Program-made: the position numbers and the translations under genes
Notes under the pieces: generated by a model
Database searches by the model: none
Seen by the model: only the letters and a program-made list of their open reading frames with translations
What the model was told of the DNA's origin: nothing
Shown: positions 49,944 to 63,159 of the stretch, in pieces
Layout of the letters: each line of letters starts with the position of its first letter
Position numbering within the stretch: the stretch's first letter is position 1
Assembly: GCA_044070495.1 (NCBI GenBank)
Contig: JBIPSI010000024.1
Location: forward strand, 1-64,000
Direction: 5' to 3'
DNA from: Spirulina sp.
Lineage (GTDB): Bacteria > Cyanobacteriota > Cyanobacteriia > Phormidesmidales > Phormidesmidaceae
Length of the DNA: 64,000 nucleotides

Positions 49944-50088
49944 AAGAGATTAAGGTTTTTCAGCGTTGTGTCAGATAGCCCAGAGCTATGGCCGTTGGCA
50001 GGGCGTTAAAAGCGATAGATATCATCAGCAGATAGGGCGTCCATGCTATCTATCTGGAAAAAATCTTGATTTCCCTCCCCCTTGAGCC

Positions 50089-50844
50089 ATGAAAATCTCT
50101 TCAGTGATTCATCTAGCCATTTTTTTGACAGGTATCTTGCTTTGTAATAGCACTGCTACTAAGGTCTATTCGGAAACCTATGATTCTCCTGAAAATTCTG
50201 CTTTTTTGGCGGAGCAAAACCAGGATTTAGACCAATCCTCTACACCCTTGAGAATTATGCCCTTAGGAGACTCGATTACCTACGGTACTGGTGCAGAAGG
50301 AGGCTATCGATCCAGACTATGGGCTGAATTCTTAGCGGAAAACCGTGCTGTAGACTTTGTGGGTTCTCAATCCTATGGCTCGGTCGGTACCGATCTAGAT
50401 CATGAAGGACATCCCGGTAAAACAATTCAGTTTCTTCGAGAAAATATCGTGAACTGGTTGGGAGCGTCTGACCCGGACGTCATTTTGTTAATGATTGGTA
50501 CCAACGACATTCTTTACCCAGAAGCCCATGATTTTGCTCAGGCTCCCTATCGAATCGGTGCCCTTATCGATCAAATCACCCTCAATGCCCCTAATGCCAA
50601 GCTCCTCGTTGCCTCCGTTTCTCCCCTCGGCGATCCCCTCCGCAACGAACAAGCGATGGGTTTCAATGCTGAAATTGAGGCGGCGGCTAATCGCTATGCT
50701 AATCGAGGTCGATCTGTCTATTTTGTGGATATGTCTGAGGCGCTAACTCCGACGGACTTAGTCGATGGCATACATCCCAACGCCGACGGCTACGATAGGG
50801 TGGCCCAGACCTGGCATAGCGCTATCTTGGAGGTTTTGGAATAG
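50089..50844 (+). CDS. Exported SGNH/GDSL hydrolase
   Basis: IMPLGDSIT, HEGHPG, IGTND, DGIHPN; signal peptide. Confidence 0.93.
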   Translation: MKISSVIHLAIFLTGILLCNSTATKVYSETYDSPENSAFLAEQNQDLDQSSTPLRIMPLGDSITYGTGAEGGYRSRLWAEFLAENRAVDFVGSQSYGSVGTDLDHEGHPGKTIQFLRENIVNWLGASDPDVILLMIGTNDILYPEAHDFAQAPYRIGALIDQITLNAPNAKLLVASVSPLGDPLRNEQAMGFNAEIEAAANRYANRGRSVYFVDMSEALTPTDLVDGIHPNADGYDRVAQTWHSAILEVLE

Positions 50845-51018
50845 AGCCATTTTGGCTCGTCTATGGTGTACAAATTGGGGGCACGCAACGCCAGGAAATT
50901 GATCCGTCGTTAGCCAAAACTTAGTCCATCAAACGATGGAAAAGGCGATGATCCTGGGAGGATGCATCGCCTATGGGTTGACAGTCGCCTAGACTGTCAG
51001 ACTTGGAAGGGGTAGACC

Positions 51019-52326
<1,308 letters not shown>

Positions 52327-52380
52327 TCAGGCGGGAACTGGGTTTTGAACCCAATCTAATGGTGAACCGCACCGTCTTGG

Positions 52381-52638
52381 CCCTCACACCCAGCCCCTCT
52401 CCCAGAGGAAGAGAAGCCTTCTTCAAGGTCCCTCTCCCTCTGGGCTACCGCTTATAAACATCTTGTTTTCATGCCGTAAGGCCTTGGGGATCCCCCTAAA
52501 TCCCCCTTTTCAAGGGGGACTTTGACTCTGGTTCCCCCCTTTTCAAGGGGGGCTAGGGGAGATCAACCTTGGGCATCAAGCGGAATAGAAACCTATGTAT
52601 AAGCAGTAGCCCTCTGGGAGAGGGATTTAGGGTGAGGG
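52381..52638. repeat. CCCTCTCCC/GGGAGAGGG repeat split by an inserted element
   Basis: Left half GTCCCTCT-CCCTCTGGG and right half CCCTCTGGG-AGAGGGATTTAGGGTGAGGG rejoin into the family hairpin. Confidence 0.8.
52445..52609. mobile_element. 165-bp MITE-like insertion with 9-bp target-site duplication
   Basis: Ends CTACCGCTTATA / TATAAGCAGTAG; CCCTCTGGG duplicated at 52436-52444 and 52610-52618. Confidence 0.82.
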
Positions 52639-52664
52639 ATCAGCCTTCTTAGCTTAACGGAAAT

Positions 52665-53450
52665 TTACCCAGGATACTGCCTCGACCGCACCTCCTCACA
52701 GAACTGCTGGGCGGCCTCAATAGCCTGCTGCCGCAGGTTGGCGTAGGCCTTGGCGAAGGGCGGTTGCCAGGGGGAAAGGCCCAGCACATCGGCGGTGACG
52801 AGCACTTGCCCAGTACAGTGGGGGCCAGCGCCAATGCCAATGGTAGGAATGGTGAGGGTGTCGCTGATGCGTTGGGCTAGGTCGGCGGGGATGTGCTCTA
52901 GCACCAAGGAAAAGGCTCCGGCCTGCTCTAGGGCTTTAGCTTCAGCGAGAATGCGGTCGGCTTCGGCTGCGGTTTTGCCCTGTTTACGAAAGCCGCCAAA
53001 CTGATTCACCGACTGCGGCGTTAGTCCCACATGGGCCATGACCGGAATGCCCCACTGCACCAAACTGTGCACCCGTTCCACCACCGCTGGATGGCCCCCT
53101 TCAATTTTGACCGCTTGGGCGGCGGATTCTTTTAAAATGCGTCCCGCCGAGCGAATCGTTTCTTCCAGGCTGGGCTGGTAGCTGAGGAAGGGTAAGTCCA
53201 CCACTAGTAGCGCCCTTTGGACTCCCCGCCGTGCCGCCTTGGCGCAGATCAGCATATCCTCCAGAGTCAGGGGTAACGTCGTGTCGTAGCCCAGGGCCAC
53301 CATGGCGAGGGAGTCGCCCACCAGCACCATATCCGCCCCAGCCTGGTCGGCAATGTGGCCTGAGGTCACATCCCAAGCCGTTAGCACCACCAGGGGCGAG
53401 GCTCCCTGCCGCTGCTTCCAGGTTGCCACTTGAGAAACACTCACTGCCAT
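52665..53450 (-). CDS. panB: 3-methyl-2-oxobutanoate hydroxymethyltransferase
   Basis: LVGDSL, DLPFLSY, VKIEGG, HVGLTPQ, TIGIGAG. Confidence 0.97.
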   Translation of the reverse strand: MAVSVSQVATWKQRQGASPLVVLTAWDVTSGHIADQAGADMVLVGDSLAMVALGYDTTLPLTLEDMLICAKAARRGVQRALLVVDLPFLSYQPSLEETIRSAGRILKESAAQAVKIEGGHPAVVERVHSLVQWGIPVMAHVGLTPQSVNQFGGFRKQGKTAAEADRILAEAKALEQAGAFSLVLEHIPADLAQRISDTLTIPTIGIGAGPHCTGQVLVTADVLGLSPWQPPFAKAYANLRQQAIEAAQQFCEEVRSRQYPG

Positions 53451-53588
53451 CGTTGCCGCCTCAGAACGTTCATACTGTCATTGCATCCCCCCAAATTATC
53501 CCTGGCCACGGGGTCGCCCGGAGATGATTCGTCGTTATTCCCACCCAGGCAGAAATCCAGGGAATTGAACGCTCACTTATACTAAATC

Positions 53589-54944
53589 GTGATTGATGCC
53601 CCCCGTTTGGCAGGGCAGCGAGATCCTGCCCCTGCCGTCAACCCTACCTTGCCGCCCTGCTCCTGGTTGCCCATGACCCCTGTGCCGCCCAACCCTACCT
53701 CTGCCGGTGGAGCCAGCCCCGCCCAACCCGCCGCCCCGCCTTCGACAGCTCCCGACCCAGCGTCACCGCCGCTCTCGCCTGCCAACTCGCCTAGCCTAGG
53801 TGAGGAGCCGCTTTCCGTTAGCGACCCCACCATCGCGCCAGTTAGTTTCTTAGCATCCGCCAATGCGGTGACCCTGGTGGCGGTGGCGGTCATTTTTATG
53901 GGGTTGATTGTCGATAGCGTATGGTTGATTTTGGCGGGTTCCCTGGTGGCTACGGTGGTTTCGCTGCGGTTGATGTGGCCTGTCTTTGCGGAAATTCTGG
54001 CGGAGCTTTCCCCCCGGCAGCAGTCCCTCGTCATTTCTATCCCCAGCGTGCTGATTGGCCTGTTTGGGCTGATGCGAATTACCGGAATTAACCGCGCCAT
54101 CCTCACCTGGGGGCTGACCTTGCGCTGGGATGTGCTGGGGGCACTGGGGGATTTTTTGGGGGCGATTGGCCAGATTTTCATTGCCTTTTTGGCCCTGTTT
54201 GTGGCTTGGCGGCAGTACGTCATTTCCCGCGATTTGACCCTACAGCAAAACCTGATTACCCAGCAGCAAACCATCGATGCCTACTTCCAGGGCATTTCTG
54301 ACCTAGTGCTGGATGACGAAGGCTTGCTGGAGGACTGGCCCCAGGAGCGCATCATTGCCGAGGCTCGCACCGCCGCCATTCTCAGCAGCGTCGATGCCGG
54401 GGGCAAAGCCAAGGTGATTCGCTTCCTCTCCCGTTCTCGACTGCTGACGCCCCTCAAGCGCGATAACCGTTTGGGGCGGGCCATTCTTGACGGGCGGGGC
54501 GGCTACGAAGAAGACCGTCCCCAGGGCACCCGCGTCATTGACTTGGGGGCGATGCTGGCCATGGCGGATTTGCACGGCACCGACCTGCGCTGGGCCGACC
54601 TCAGTGAGGCCAACCTAATTCGCGCCAACCTGCAAGGGTGTGACCTGGTGAAAACCAACTTTTCCCGCGCCATCCTCTGCGATGCCGACCTCTCTGGGGC
54701 CGATCTGATGGGCACGGTCTTGTTCTACGGCGATGTCAAAACCGCCACCCCCCGCACTCGCACCGGAATGGCTGACTATGCCACCGGGGCCAACACCGGG
54801 GCCGTGGTGGAAGGGATCAATCTCACGAACGTTGAACGCCTTTCCGAGGAACAGCGCTGGTATTGCTGCGCCTGGGGTGGTTCGCTCACCCGCGCCACAG
54901 TGCCGGGGGGCTGCGGAGATATTCCGAACCTATTGGGCCGTTAG
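53589..54944 (+). CDS. Membrane-bound pentapeptide repeat protein (start uncertain)
   Basis: TM helices, ITQQQTIDAYFQGIS, then ADLHG TDLRW ADLSE ANLIR ANLQG pentapeptides. Confidence 0.9.
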   Translation: MIDAPRLAGQRDPAPAVNPTLPPCSWLPMTPVPPNPTSAGGASPAQPAAPPSTAPDPASPPLSPANSPSLGEEPLSVSDPTIAPVSFLASANAVTLVAVAVIFMGLIVDSVWLILAGSLVATVVSLRLMWPVFAEILAELSPRQQSLVISIPSVLIGLFGLMRITGINRAILTWGLTLRWDVLGALGDFLGAIGQIFIAFLALFVAWRQYVISRDLTLQQNLITQQQTIDAYFQGISDLVLDDEGLLEDWPQERIIAEARTAAILSSVDAGGKAKVIRFLSRSRLLTPLKRDNRLGRAILDGRGGYEEDRPQGTRVIDLGAMLAMADLHGTDLRWADLSEANLIRANLQGCDLVKTNFSRAILCDADLSGADLMGTVLFYGDVKTATPRTRTGMADYATGANTGAVVEGINLTNVERLSEEQRWYCCAWGGSLTRATVPGGCGDIPNLLGR

Positions 54945-55070
54945 TTAAAACCCGTTGACAACGGTCAATATCGCCACGCTCAGGCCACCGATCTAGAATT
55001 GCTCATCTAGAATTGCTCACCTAAAATGGAGCGACGTACAATTGAGTCGCACCGTCGATGGAGGCTAGCG

Positions 55071-55634
55071 ATGGTACAGACCCCCACAAAATTCCTGACC
55101 CTAGAGGAATTTTTGCACCAGCCTGAAACCGAACCCGCCAGCGAATATATCGATGGCCTTGTCCTGCAAAAGCCCATGCCCCAGGGAGAACACAGCGCCA
55201 TTCAAACCGAGTTAGCTCCCGCCATTAATCAGGTGGTGAAGCCTCCCCAGGTTGCACGGGCCTTTACCGAACTGCGTTGTACCTTTGGTGGGCGTTCCAT
55301 TGTTCCAGATATCAGTGTGTTCCAGTGGCCGCGCATTCCCCGCCGAGACAATGGCAGCATCGAGAACGTCTTTGCCCTCGCCCCCGATTGGATGATCGAA
55401 ATTCTATCGCCCGACCAAAGCCAAACAAGGGTGACCAAAAATATTCTGCATAGCCTCGATCACGGCACCCAAATGGGTTGGCTGATCGATCCATCCGAGC
55501 GATCCGTTTTCGTCTACTGGCCCGATCAAGCCACCTTGGTTTACGACCAACCCCAGGCCGAGCTTCCCGTCCCGGCCTTTGCTCAGGGCTTTACCCTATC
55601 CGTAGAACGGCTGTTCAGTTGGCTGTTGGCATAA
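55071..55634 (+). CDS. Uma2 family endonuclease
   Basis: LTLEEFL, EYIDG, KPMP, VPDI, PDWMIEILSP, GWLIDP. Confidence 0.93.
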   Translation: MVQTPTKFLTLEEFLHQPETEPASEYIDGLVLQKPMPQGEHSAIQTELAPAINQVVKPPQVARAFTELRCTFGGRSIVPDISVFQWPRIPRRDNGSIENVFALAPDWMIEILSPDQSQTRVTKNILHSLDHGTQMGWLIDPSERSVFVYWPDQATLVYDQPQAELPVPAFAQGFTLSVERLFSWLLA

Positions 55635-55639
55635 CCCGC

Positions 55640-55786
55640 CTATCGCTTGCGCCAGGGCCAGCGGGTGCCCATTTCCGTTGCGGCTGACCAAAACAAATAC
55701 AGCACAAACAAGACAATACCTATTAGGAAAGGAACGATATCGTCAGGCATAATCCGACCAGGCATGGACATGGATACAGCATTCAT
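55640..55786 (-). CDS. Putative small single-pass membrane protein (up to 48 aa; missing from the ORF track)
   Basis: Manual translation: MNAVSMSMPGRIMPDDIVPFLIGIVLFVLYLFWSAATEMGTRWPWRKR*; one clean TM helix and a basic C-terminus. Confidence 0.55.
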   Translation of the reverse strand: MNAVSMSMPGRIMPDDIVPFLIGIVLFVLYLFWSAATEMGTRWPWRKR

Positions 55787-55990
55787 GATGGTATTTGTTT
55801 CAACGACACAATTCTTTGAATTTCAATCTTGGATTGCTATTTTGGAATCTTTATCTATATGGGCCTCAATTTCCTAATAAGTGACTGAATTGATTTAGTC
55901 AATTTCCTTAGGATCTTAAAGATACTTAGCAAATGTTTTAGGTCGGAGTTATCTTTTCACGAAAACTATAATGAATTCCTTAAAACTTAA

Positions 55991-58240
<2,250 letters not shown>

Positions 58241-58270
58241 CTCCCATAGCCAAGCCCTTACAGCAAAAAA

Positions 58271-58402
58271 GCTGGTTGACTGGCAGAACTTGTCTGCACC
58301 CAGATTCGTCAAAGGGTCAGGAGACCTGACCCCTACATGATCCGAATGCGGTAGGGGCGCGGTAACCGCGTCCGGCGCAGAATCCTTTGTCAGTCAACTA
58401 GC
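58271..58402. repeat. REP-doublet composite repeat with terminal inverted repeats, copy B
   Basis: Ends GCTGGTTGACTGGCA / TGTCAGTCAACTAGC; internal GGGTCAGGAGACCTGACCCCTAC and GTAGGGGCGCGGTAACCGCGTCC hairpins. Confidence 0.82.
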
Positions 58403-58413
58403 TCGAAAACAAT

Positions 58414-59085
58414 CTACGATTCTGGTGAGCCTGTATTGGGAGTAGCGACGGGCTGGCCAATGCGGGGTTCTGTACCCGCCAAAAGCCGCTGAATATTGCC
58501 CCGGTGGCGCAGAATCACATAGCCACCGCCCACCAAGGACAACAGGGTATAGGCCAAGGGTTGGCCGGTGACCACCATCAGAATCACCGCCGCCACCGCC
58601 GCCAGCATGGAACCCAAAGACACTATGCGACTGATGCCCAGGGTGAGGCCAAAGACCCCCAACGCACCTAGGGCCACGGGCCACGCCATCGCTAGCAGCA
58701 CGCCTAGCCCCGACGCCACGGACTTTCCGCCCGTAAAGCCCAGCCACACCGAGCGGCTGTGGCCCAGAAGCGCCATTAATCCCGCCAGCATATCCACCCA
58801 GGGTTGGGCCAGAACCCAGCCATCCCCGCCAAGACGGGCTAGAAGCACCGGAAAGAGCCACTGGGCCAGCCACACGGCGACACTGCCCTTCAGCAAATCC
58901 ACCACAAACACCGCCAGGGCAGGGCCTTTGCCCACGGTACGCAGCACATTGGTAGCCCCGGTGCCGCCGGAACCATAGTCGCGGATGTCCATGCCCTTCA
59001 GGGCTTTGACCAGGAGATAGCCCGTGGGGAAGGATCCCAACAAATAGGCAAGTCCTAAAATGCCGACCAGTGCCATGATTGCCAA
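58414..59085 (-). CDS. plsY: Glycerol-3-phosphate acyltransferase
   Basis: YLLGSFP, DIRDYGSGGTGATN, DLLKG, FTGGKSVA, RHRGNIQRL. Confidence 0.97.
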   Translation of the reverse strand: MAIMALVGILGLAYLLGSFPTGYLLVKALKGMDIRDYGSGGTGATNVLRTVGKGPALAVFVVDLLKGSVAVWLAQWLFPVLLARLGGDGWVLAQPWVDMLAGLMALLGHSRSVWLGFTGGKSVASGLGVLLAMAWPVALGALGVFGLTLGISRIVSLGSMLAAVAAVILMVVTGQPLAYTLLSLVGGGYVILRHRGNIQRLLAGTEPRIGQPVATPNTGSPES

Positions 59086-59171
59086 TGCCCTCAGCCCTCA
59101 AACCGCTCATCAGTAACAGTTTAGGGCGAAAGGTAGGGCTTAGGTCGGGGTTTTACAAAAGGGCTGTTTGG

Positions 59172-59212
59172 GGGATGGCGGGATGGCGGGATAGTGGGAT
59201 GGGGGGATAGGG
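59172..59212. repeat. Octamer tandem repeats (GGGATRGN x5)
   Basis: GGGATGGC GGGATGGC GGGATAGT GGGATGGG GGGATAGG. Confidence 0.7.
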
Positions 59213-59908
59213 TTAGAGTAGGGCAGGGGCGGAACGTAGGGCGTCGAGGTCAATCTGTTGCAGTTGGGCGTAGGCGTTGTCGATGGTGCGTTGGCCGCGC
59301 AAAAATCCGGTGTTGGCGGCGGGGCAGAGGTGGGCTAGGGTGTCTGGGCTAAAGCGGGTTTTGAGGGCTTCGACTTGGCGCAGGTGGCGGGGCCAATGGA
59401 AGGTTTTGGAAAAGCGCAGGGGTTCGGGTTGGCCCTGGCGGTTGGGCAGCAGGTGCCGTCCGGTGAAGAGTACGCCGCCGTAGCGTTCGCAATACACACA
59501 GGCGGAACCGGGGGAGTACCCAGGCGTCCACAGGGCTTCAATTTGGGGGGCAAACCTAAAGTTTTGTTGAAAAACGGTTTTGGGATGGTCGGGCAGTAGA
59601 TAGGCTTCCTGCTCTTGGATGACCACCTCACAACCGAGGTGTTTTTGCAGGGCCGCTGCTTTGCCGATGGCCGTTCTGTGGGTAATCACCAGCCACCGTA
59701 CGCCGCCCTGTTCGGCCAGAAATTGCCGAGTCGTTTCATCCCACGGCGGGGTATCGATTAGGAGATTTTGCGGAGATCCCTCGGAGTCGTTATCTACAAT
59801 AAAGTAGGCGGTTCCTCCCAAGGTGTCTCGGTTGGGCGCGAAGGCGTAGATGGTTTCAAAGACGGGACGCGGCGGTTTAGAAGCCGTAGATGACGGGGAG
59901 AAAGCCAT
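59213..59908 (-). CDS. MBL-fold metallo-hydrolase-like protein
   Basis: FAPNRDTLGGTAY, LLIDTP, ITHR, WTPGYSPGS, LFTGRHL. Confidence 0.85.
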   Translation of the reverse strand: MAFSPSSTASKPPRPVFETIYAFAPNRDTLGGTAYFIVDNDSEGSPQNLLIDTPPWDETTRQFLAEQGGVRWLVITHRTAIGKAAALQKHLGCEVVIQEQEAYLLPDHPKTVFQQNFRFAPQIEALWTPGYSPGSACVYCERYGGVLFTGRHLLPNRQGQPEPLRFSKTFHWPRHLRQVEALKTRFSPDTLAHLCPAANTGFLRGQRTIDNAYAQLQQIDLDALRSAPALL

Positions 59909-60192
59909 AGGACGCGATAGGATTTGACTCGGTGGCGGTGGTTAGGAACCGCAGGATATCGGTAATGGCGGTATCCAAATAGCGGCGGCAGGGGTGATGT
60001 CAGGATGCTGATCTTAGCGGTTGTTGAACCCCTTTTCCAAATCCTAGCTTGGCTTTACGGCCCGATGCCCCTAGGCCATCTGCCTCTCATCTGGCAGTTC
60101 TCGATCAGTCACGTTTCAATCAGTCAGTTCCCGATAGATCAGTTGCCCCTACTGCGAACGGGTTGCCCCCTACTGTGAATGGTTAATTGTCC

Positions 60193-61698
60193 ATGCTTGT
60201 GTTTTGGGTTTTGTTGCTGCTGCTGGGTCTGTTCACCTTTGCCACGGTTCAGCAAAGTGTGGGAGCCATCACTCGCACCCCCGTTTGGCTGCTGTGGCTG
60301 GTGATGATGATGCCCGCTCTGGTGTTGGCGGGTTGGGCGTTGGTTCAAGGCCCAGAAAAGCCGCTGCCCCTAGGGGTGTTGTTGGGGCTGTTTCTACTGT
60401 GCCCCCTGCTGTATTGGGGGTTGGTGCAGTGGGGCCGCAAACCTTCGGTACCTGGGTCTCCTACCGCCGCCACTACGGCCCAATCTTCGGCTGAATCCCC
60501 GCCAGAGTCTACACCCCCCGCCGTCACGCCGCCCAAGCCCCCCCTACGCCCCATCGACAAGGAGGAAGAAACCGCCCTGCAAGGTTGTTTTCCCTGGTCG
60601 GTCTATTATCTGCAAAACATCGAATATCTGCCCCAGGCGATGATCTGCCGAGGGCAACTGCGCACCTCCCCCACAGAAGCCTACGAAACGGTGAAGGAGA
60701 ATGTGCGGCGGCAGTTTGGCGACCGCTTTTTGGTGATTTTCCAGGAGGGAATGCAGGGAAAACCTGTTTTTGCCCTGGTGCCCAATCCCCAAGCCCAGGC
60801 CCAGGCCCAAGAAAAATCTAAAGCCCTGACCCGACCGGGCCTTGCCCTAGGGCTGTTGATCATTACCTTGCTAACCACTACCTCCGCCGGGGCCAGGCTT
60901 ATGGGCCTCACCGAAGCCCAGCGACAGGCCGATCCCAGTCTGATTTGGCAAGGATTACCCTACGCCCTCGCCCTGATGGTGATCCTGGGTTGCCACGAGA
61001 TGGGTCATTACCTCACCGCCCGCCGCTACCGGATGGACGCCACCCTGCCCTACTTCATTCCTTTTCCCTTGTTCCTGGGCACCTTTGGGGCGTTCATTCA
61101 ATTGCGTTCTCCGGTGCCCCATCGACGAGCCTTGTTTGATGTGGGCATTGCTGGCCCCTTGGCGGGCTTGGTGGTCACCCTACCGCTGCTGATCTGGGGC
61201 TTAACCCAGTCCACCGTCGTTCCCATCCCCGAAAGCGGATCTAGCCTGCTCAGCTTTGAGGCCATCAATCCCACGGCCTCGGTGATGCTGGCCCTGTTAA
61301 TTAAGCTGACCCTGGGTGCCCAGGTGGGCCTAGAACAGGCGGTTTATCTGCACCCCGTTGCGATTGCAGGCTGTCTGGGGCTGGTGGTAACGGCCCTCAA
61401 CCTCATGCCCGTGGGCCAACTGGATGGTGGTCATATCGTCCATGCCATGTATGGCCAACGCGCCGGGGCGATTATCGGCCAAGTGGCGCGGCTGCTGGTG
61501 TTGATGCTGGCCTTTGTCCATTCTGAACTGCTGATCTGGGCAATTCTGCTGTTCTTTATTCCAGCGGTCGATCAACCCGCCCTCAACGACATCAGCGAGC
61601 TCGACAGCCGCCGCGACCTCCTCGGACTGCTGGCCCTGGCCCTGCTGGTGTTGATCGTGCTGCCCCTGCCTGGGCCCTTTGCCCGCCTACTGTTCTAG
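60193..61698 (+). CDS. Site-2 protease (M50) family protein
   Basis: HEMGH, IAGPLAG, NLMPVGQLDGG. Confidence 0.95.
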   Translation: MLVFWVLLLLLGLFTFATVQQSVGAITRTPVWLLWLVMMMPALVLAGWALVQGPEKPLPLGVLLGLFLLCPLLYWGLVQWGRKPSVPGSPTAATTAQSSAESPPESTPPAVTPPKPPLRPIDKEEETALQGCFPWSVYYLQNIEYLPQAMICRGQLRTSPTEAYETVKENVRRQFGDRFLVIFQEGMQGKPVFALVPNPQAQAQAQEKSKALTRPGLALGLLIITLLTTTSAGARLMGLTEAQRQADPSLIWQGLPYALALMVILGCHEMGHYLTARRYRMDATLPYFIPFPLFLGTFGAFIQLRSPVPHRRALFDVGIAGPLAGLVVTLPLLIWGLTQSTVVPIPESGSSLLSFEAINPTASVMLALLIKLTLGAQVGLEQAVYLHPVAIAGCLGLVVTALNLMPVGQLDGGHIVHAMYGQRAGAIIGQVARLLVLMLAFVHSELLIWAILLFFIPAVDQPALNDISELDSRRDLLGLLALALLVLIVLPLPGPFARLLF

Positions 61699-61874
61699 GC
61701 TTTCTAAGCTGATCCCTGCCTCCAACGGCCACCCGTGAGATTTCGTCTGTTAAAGGCCACGGCGGATTCCATACCCTTCACCCCTGTGGCCTTTTCTCCA
61801 AGGCAGTGCAGATTCGGTAAAGCTCGCTATACTGGGCGGCGATATCGTTGCAGACCGTGGTGTCAGGAGCCGTA

Positions 61875-62339
61875 ATGAGCCAAGACCTTACCCAGTGGAT
61901 CGCCGAGGTGCGTACCCTCCAGCGCCAATTGGCCGATACTCGCCACGAGTGTGACCAAGCCCATAACAGTGCCGCCAACTGGCGACGGCTCTACGAAAAC
62001 GAAGCCCGCCAGCGCCGCCAAGAGGCCGAACAACACCAGGTCCAAATGGCAGACATGGCCCAGCGCCTTCTAGAACAGGCGCAAGCTCACCGTGAGGCCC
62101 AAACCTTAGTTGAGGGTCTTGGACAGGCGAATTCCCTCACCGACCTGCAAACTCAGCTTACGGCTCTAGTGCAGCGCTGCCAGCGGCTCACGGAATCCCT
62201 GGAGGCCGAGCGCCGCGCCCATGCCCACACCCGGCAATCCTTGACGGCAGCCCTCGGCGATACCTTTGACAGGCTGAAACTAGATCGCACCCTAGCCGTG
62301 CAGACTTCCTCCGGTGCGGCTCATCGGTCATCCCATTGA
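61875..62339 (+). CDS. Coiled-coil hypothetical protein
   Basis: WIAEVRTLQRQL, WRRLYENEARQRR, HAHTRQSLTAALGD. Confidence 0.75.
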   Translation: MSQDLTQWIAEVRTLQRQLADTRHECDQAHNSAANWRRLYENEARQRRQEAEQHQVQMADMAQRLLEQAQAHREAQTLVEGLGQANSLTDLQTQLTALVQRCQRLTESLEAERRAHAHTRQSLTAALGDTFDRLKLDRTLAVQTSSGAAHRSSH

Positions 62340-62559
62340 CCTCACACCACCGAGGCCAGTGAACAGGCTTCAGTGACGTCTCGTTAACTGAAGCAACCTG
62401 TTCTCTGGATCAACAACAGGCCTCGGCAGGATCCCCCGCCGAGGCTCCGTCCTGGAGCCTTGTCCAGCGGAGAAAACTGGCACAGTGGGTTCAATATACT
62501 ACTCTTAGGTTATATAATAAAGTCTTAATCTTTAGCCTTGACTCACCCTGCGTCTCTCT

Positions 62560-62973
62560 ATGGTTTCTTCCTCCCCTGCCCACACCTCGGCTGTCTCCAG
62601 TCCCCCGGCGAGTGATTGTCGTTTCATGCAGCTTCCGCCGGAAACCCTGCACCTTGTGGCAGACTTCTTCAAAGTCTTGTCTGAAGCCAGCCGACTGCAA
62701 ATTATGTGTGCGCTGAAGGCTGGCCCCAAAAATGTGTCAGAGATTATTGAGGTCACAGGGCTAGGGCAGGCCAATGTCTCTAAGCACCTTAAAATTCTGG
62801 CCCAGGCGGGTGTGGTGACCCGACAGCAGCAGGGCGTTTGTGTGTACTATCAAATCGCCAACGCCTTTGTCTTCGATCTTTGCGAACTGGTGTGCGATTC
62901 CCTGTCGGTTCAGGTGCAGCGGCAGTCCGAAAAAATTGCGGGTCTAGAGGTTTTCCGCCAACCCCTGGCGTAA
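62560..62973 (+). CDS. ArsR/SmtB family transcriptional regulator
   Basis: FKVLSEASRLQI, QANVSKHLKIL, VFDLCELVC. Confidence 0.93.
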   Translation: MVSSSPAHTSAVSSPPASDCRFMQLPPETLHLVADFFKVLSEASRLQIMCALKAGPKNVSEIIEVTGLGQANVSKHLKILAQAGVVTRQQQGVCVYYQIANAFVFDLCELVCDSLSVQVQRQSEKIAGLEVFRQPLA

Positions 62974-63159
62974 TGACCGGCTAGATTGGCGACCTGTCAG
63001 TCAATCGCCAATCCTAGATCTAATCCCTTTAGAACAACCATCTGAGCGCTCGCCGTAGCGGGTAGGATGATTGCTCTGCGGCATTTTATATGAAATCCGA
63101 ATCAGAAACCCCCAATACCCAACCTGACAAACGATAGGGGCGATGGAGGGGGCAGACGC

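Noticed and set aside
55647..55877. 76-aa plus-strand ORF
   Set aside because: TTG start and no motif; the opposite-strand short ORF with a clean TM helix is the more plausible gene.
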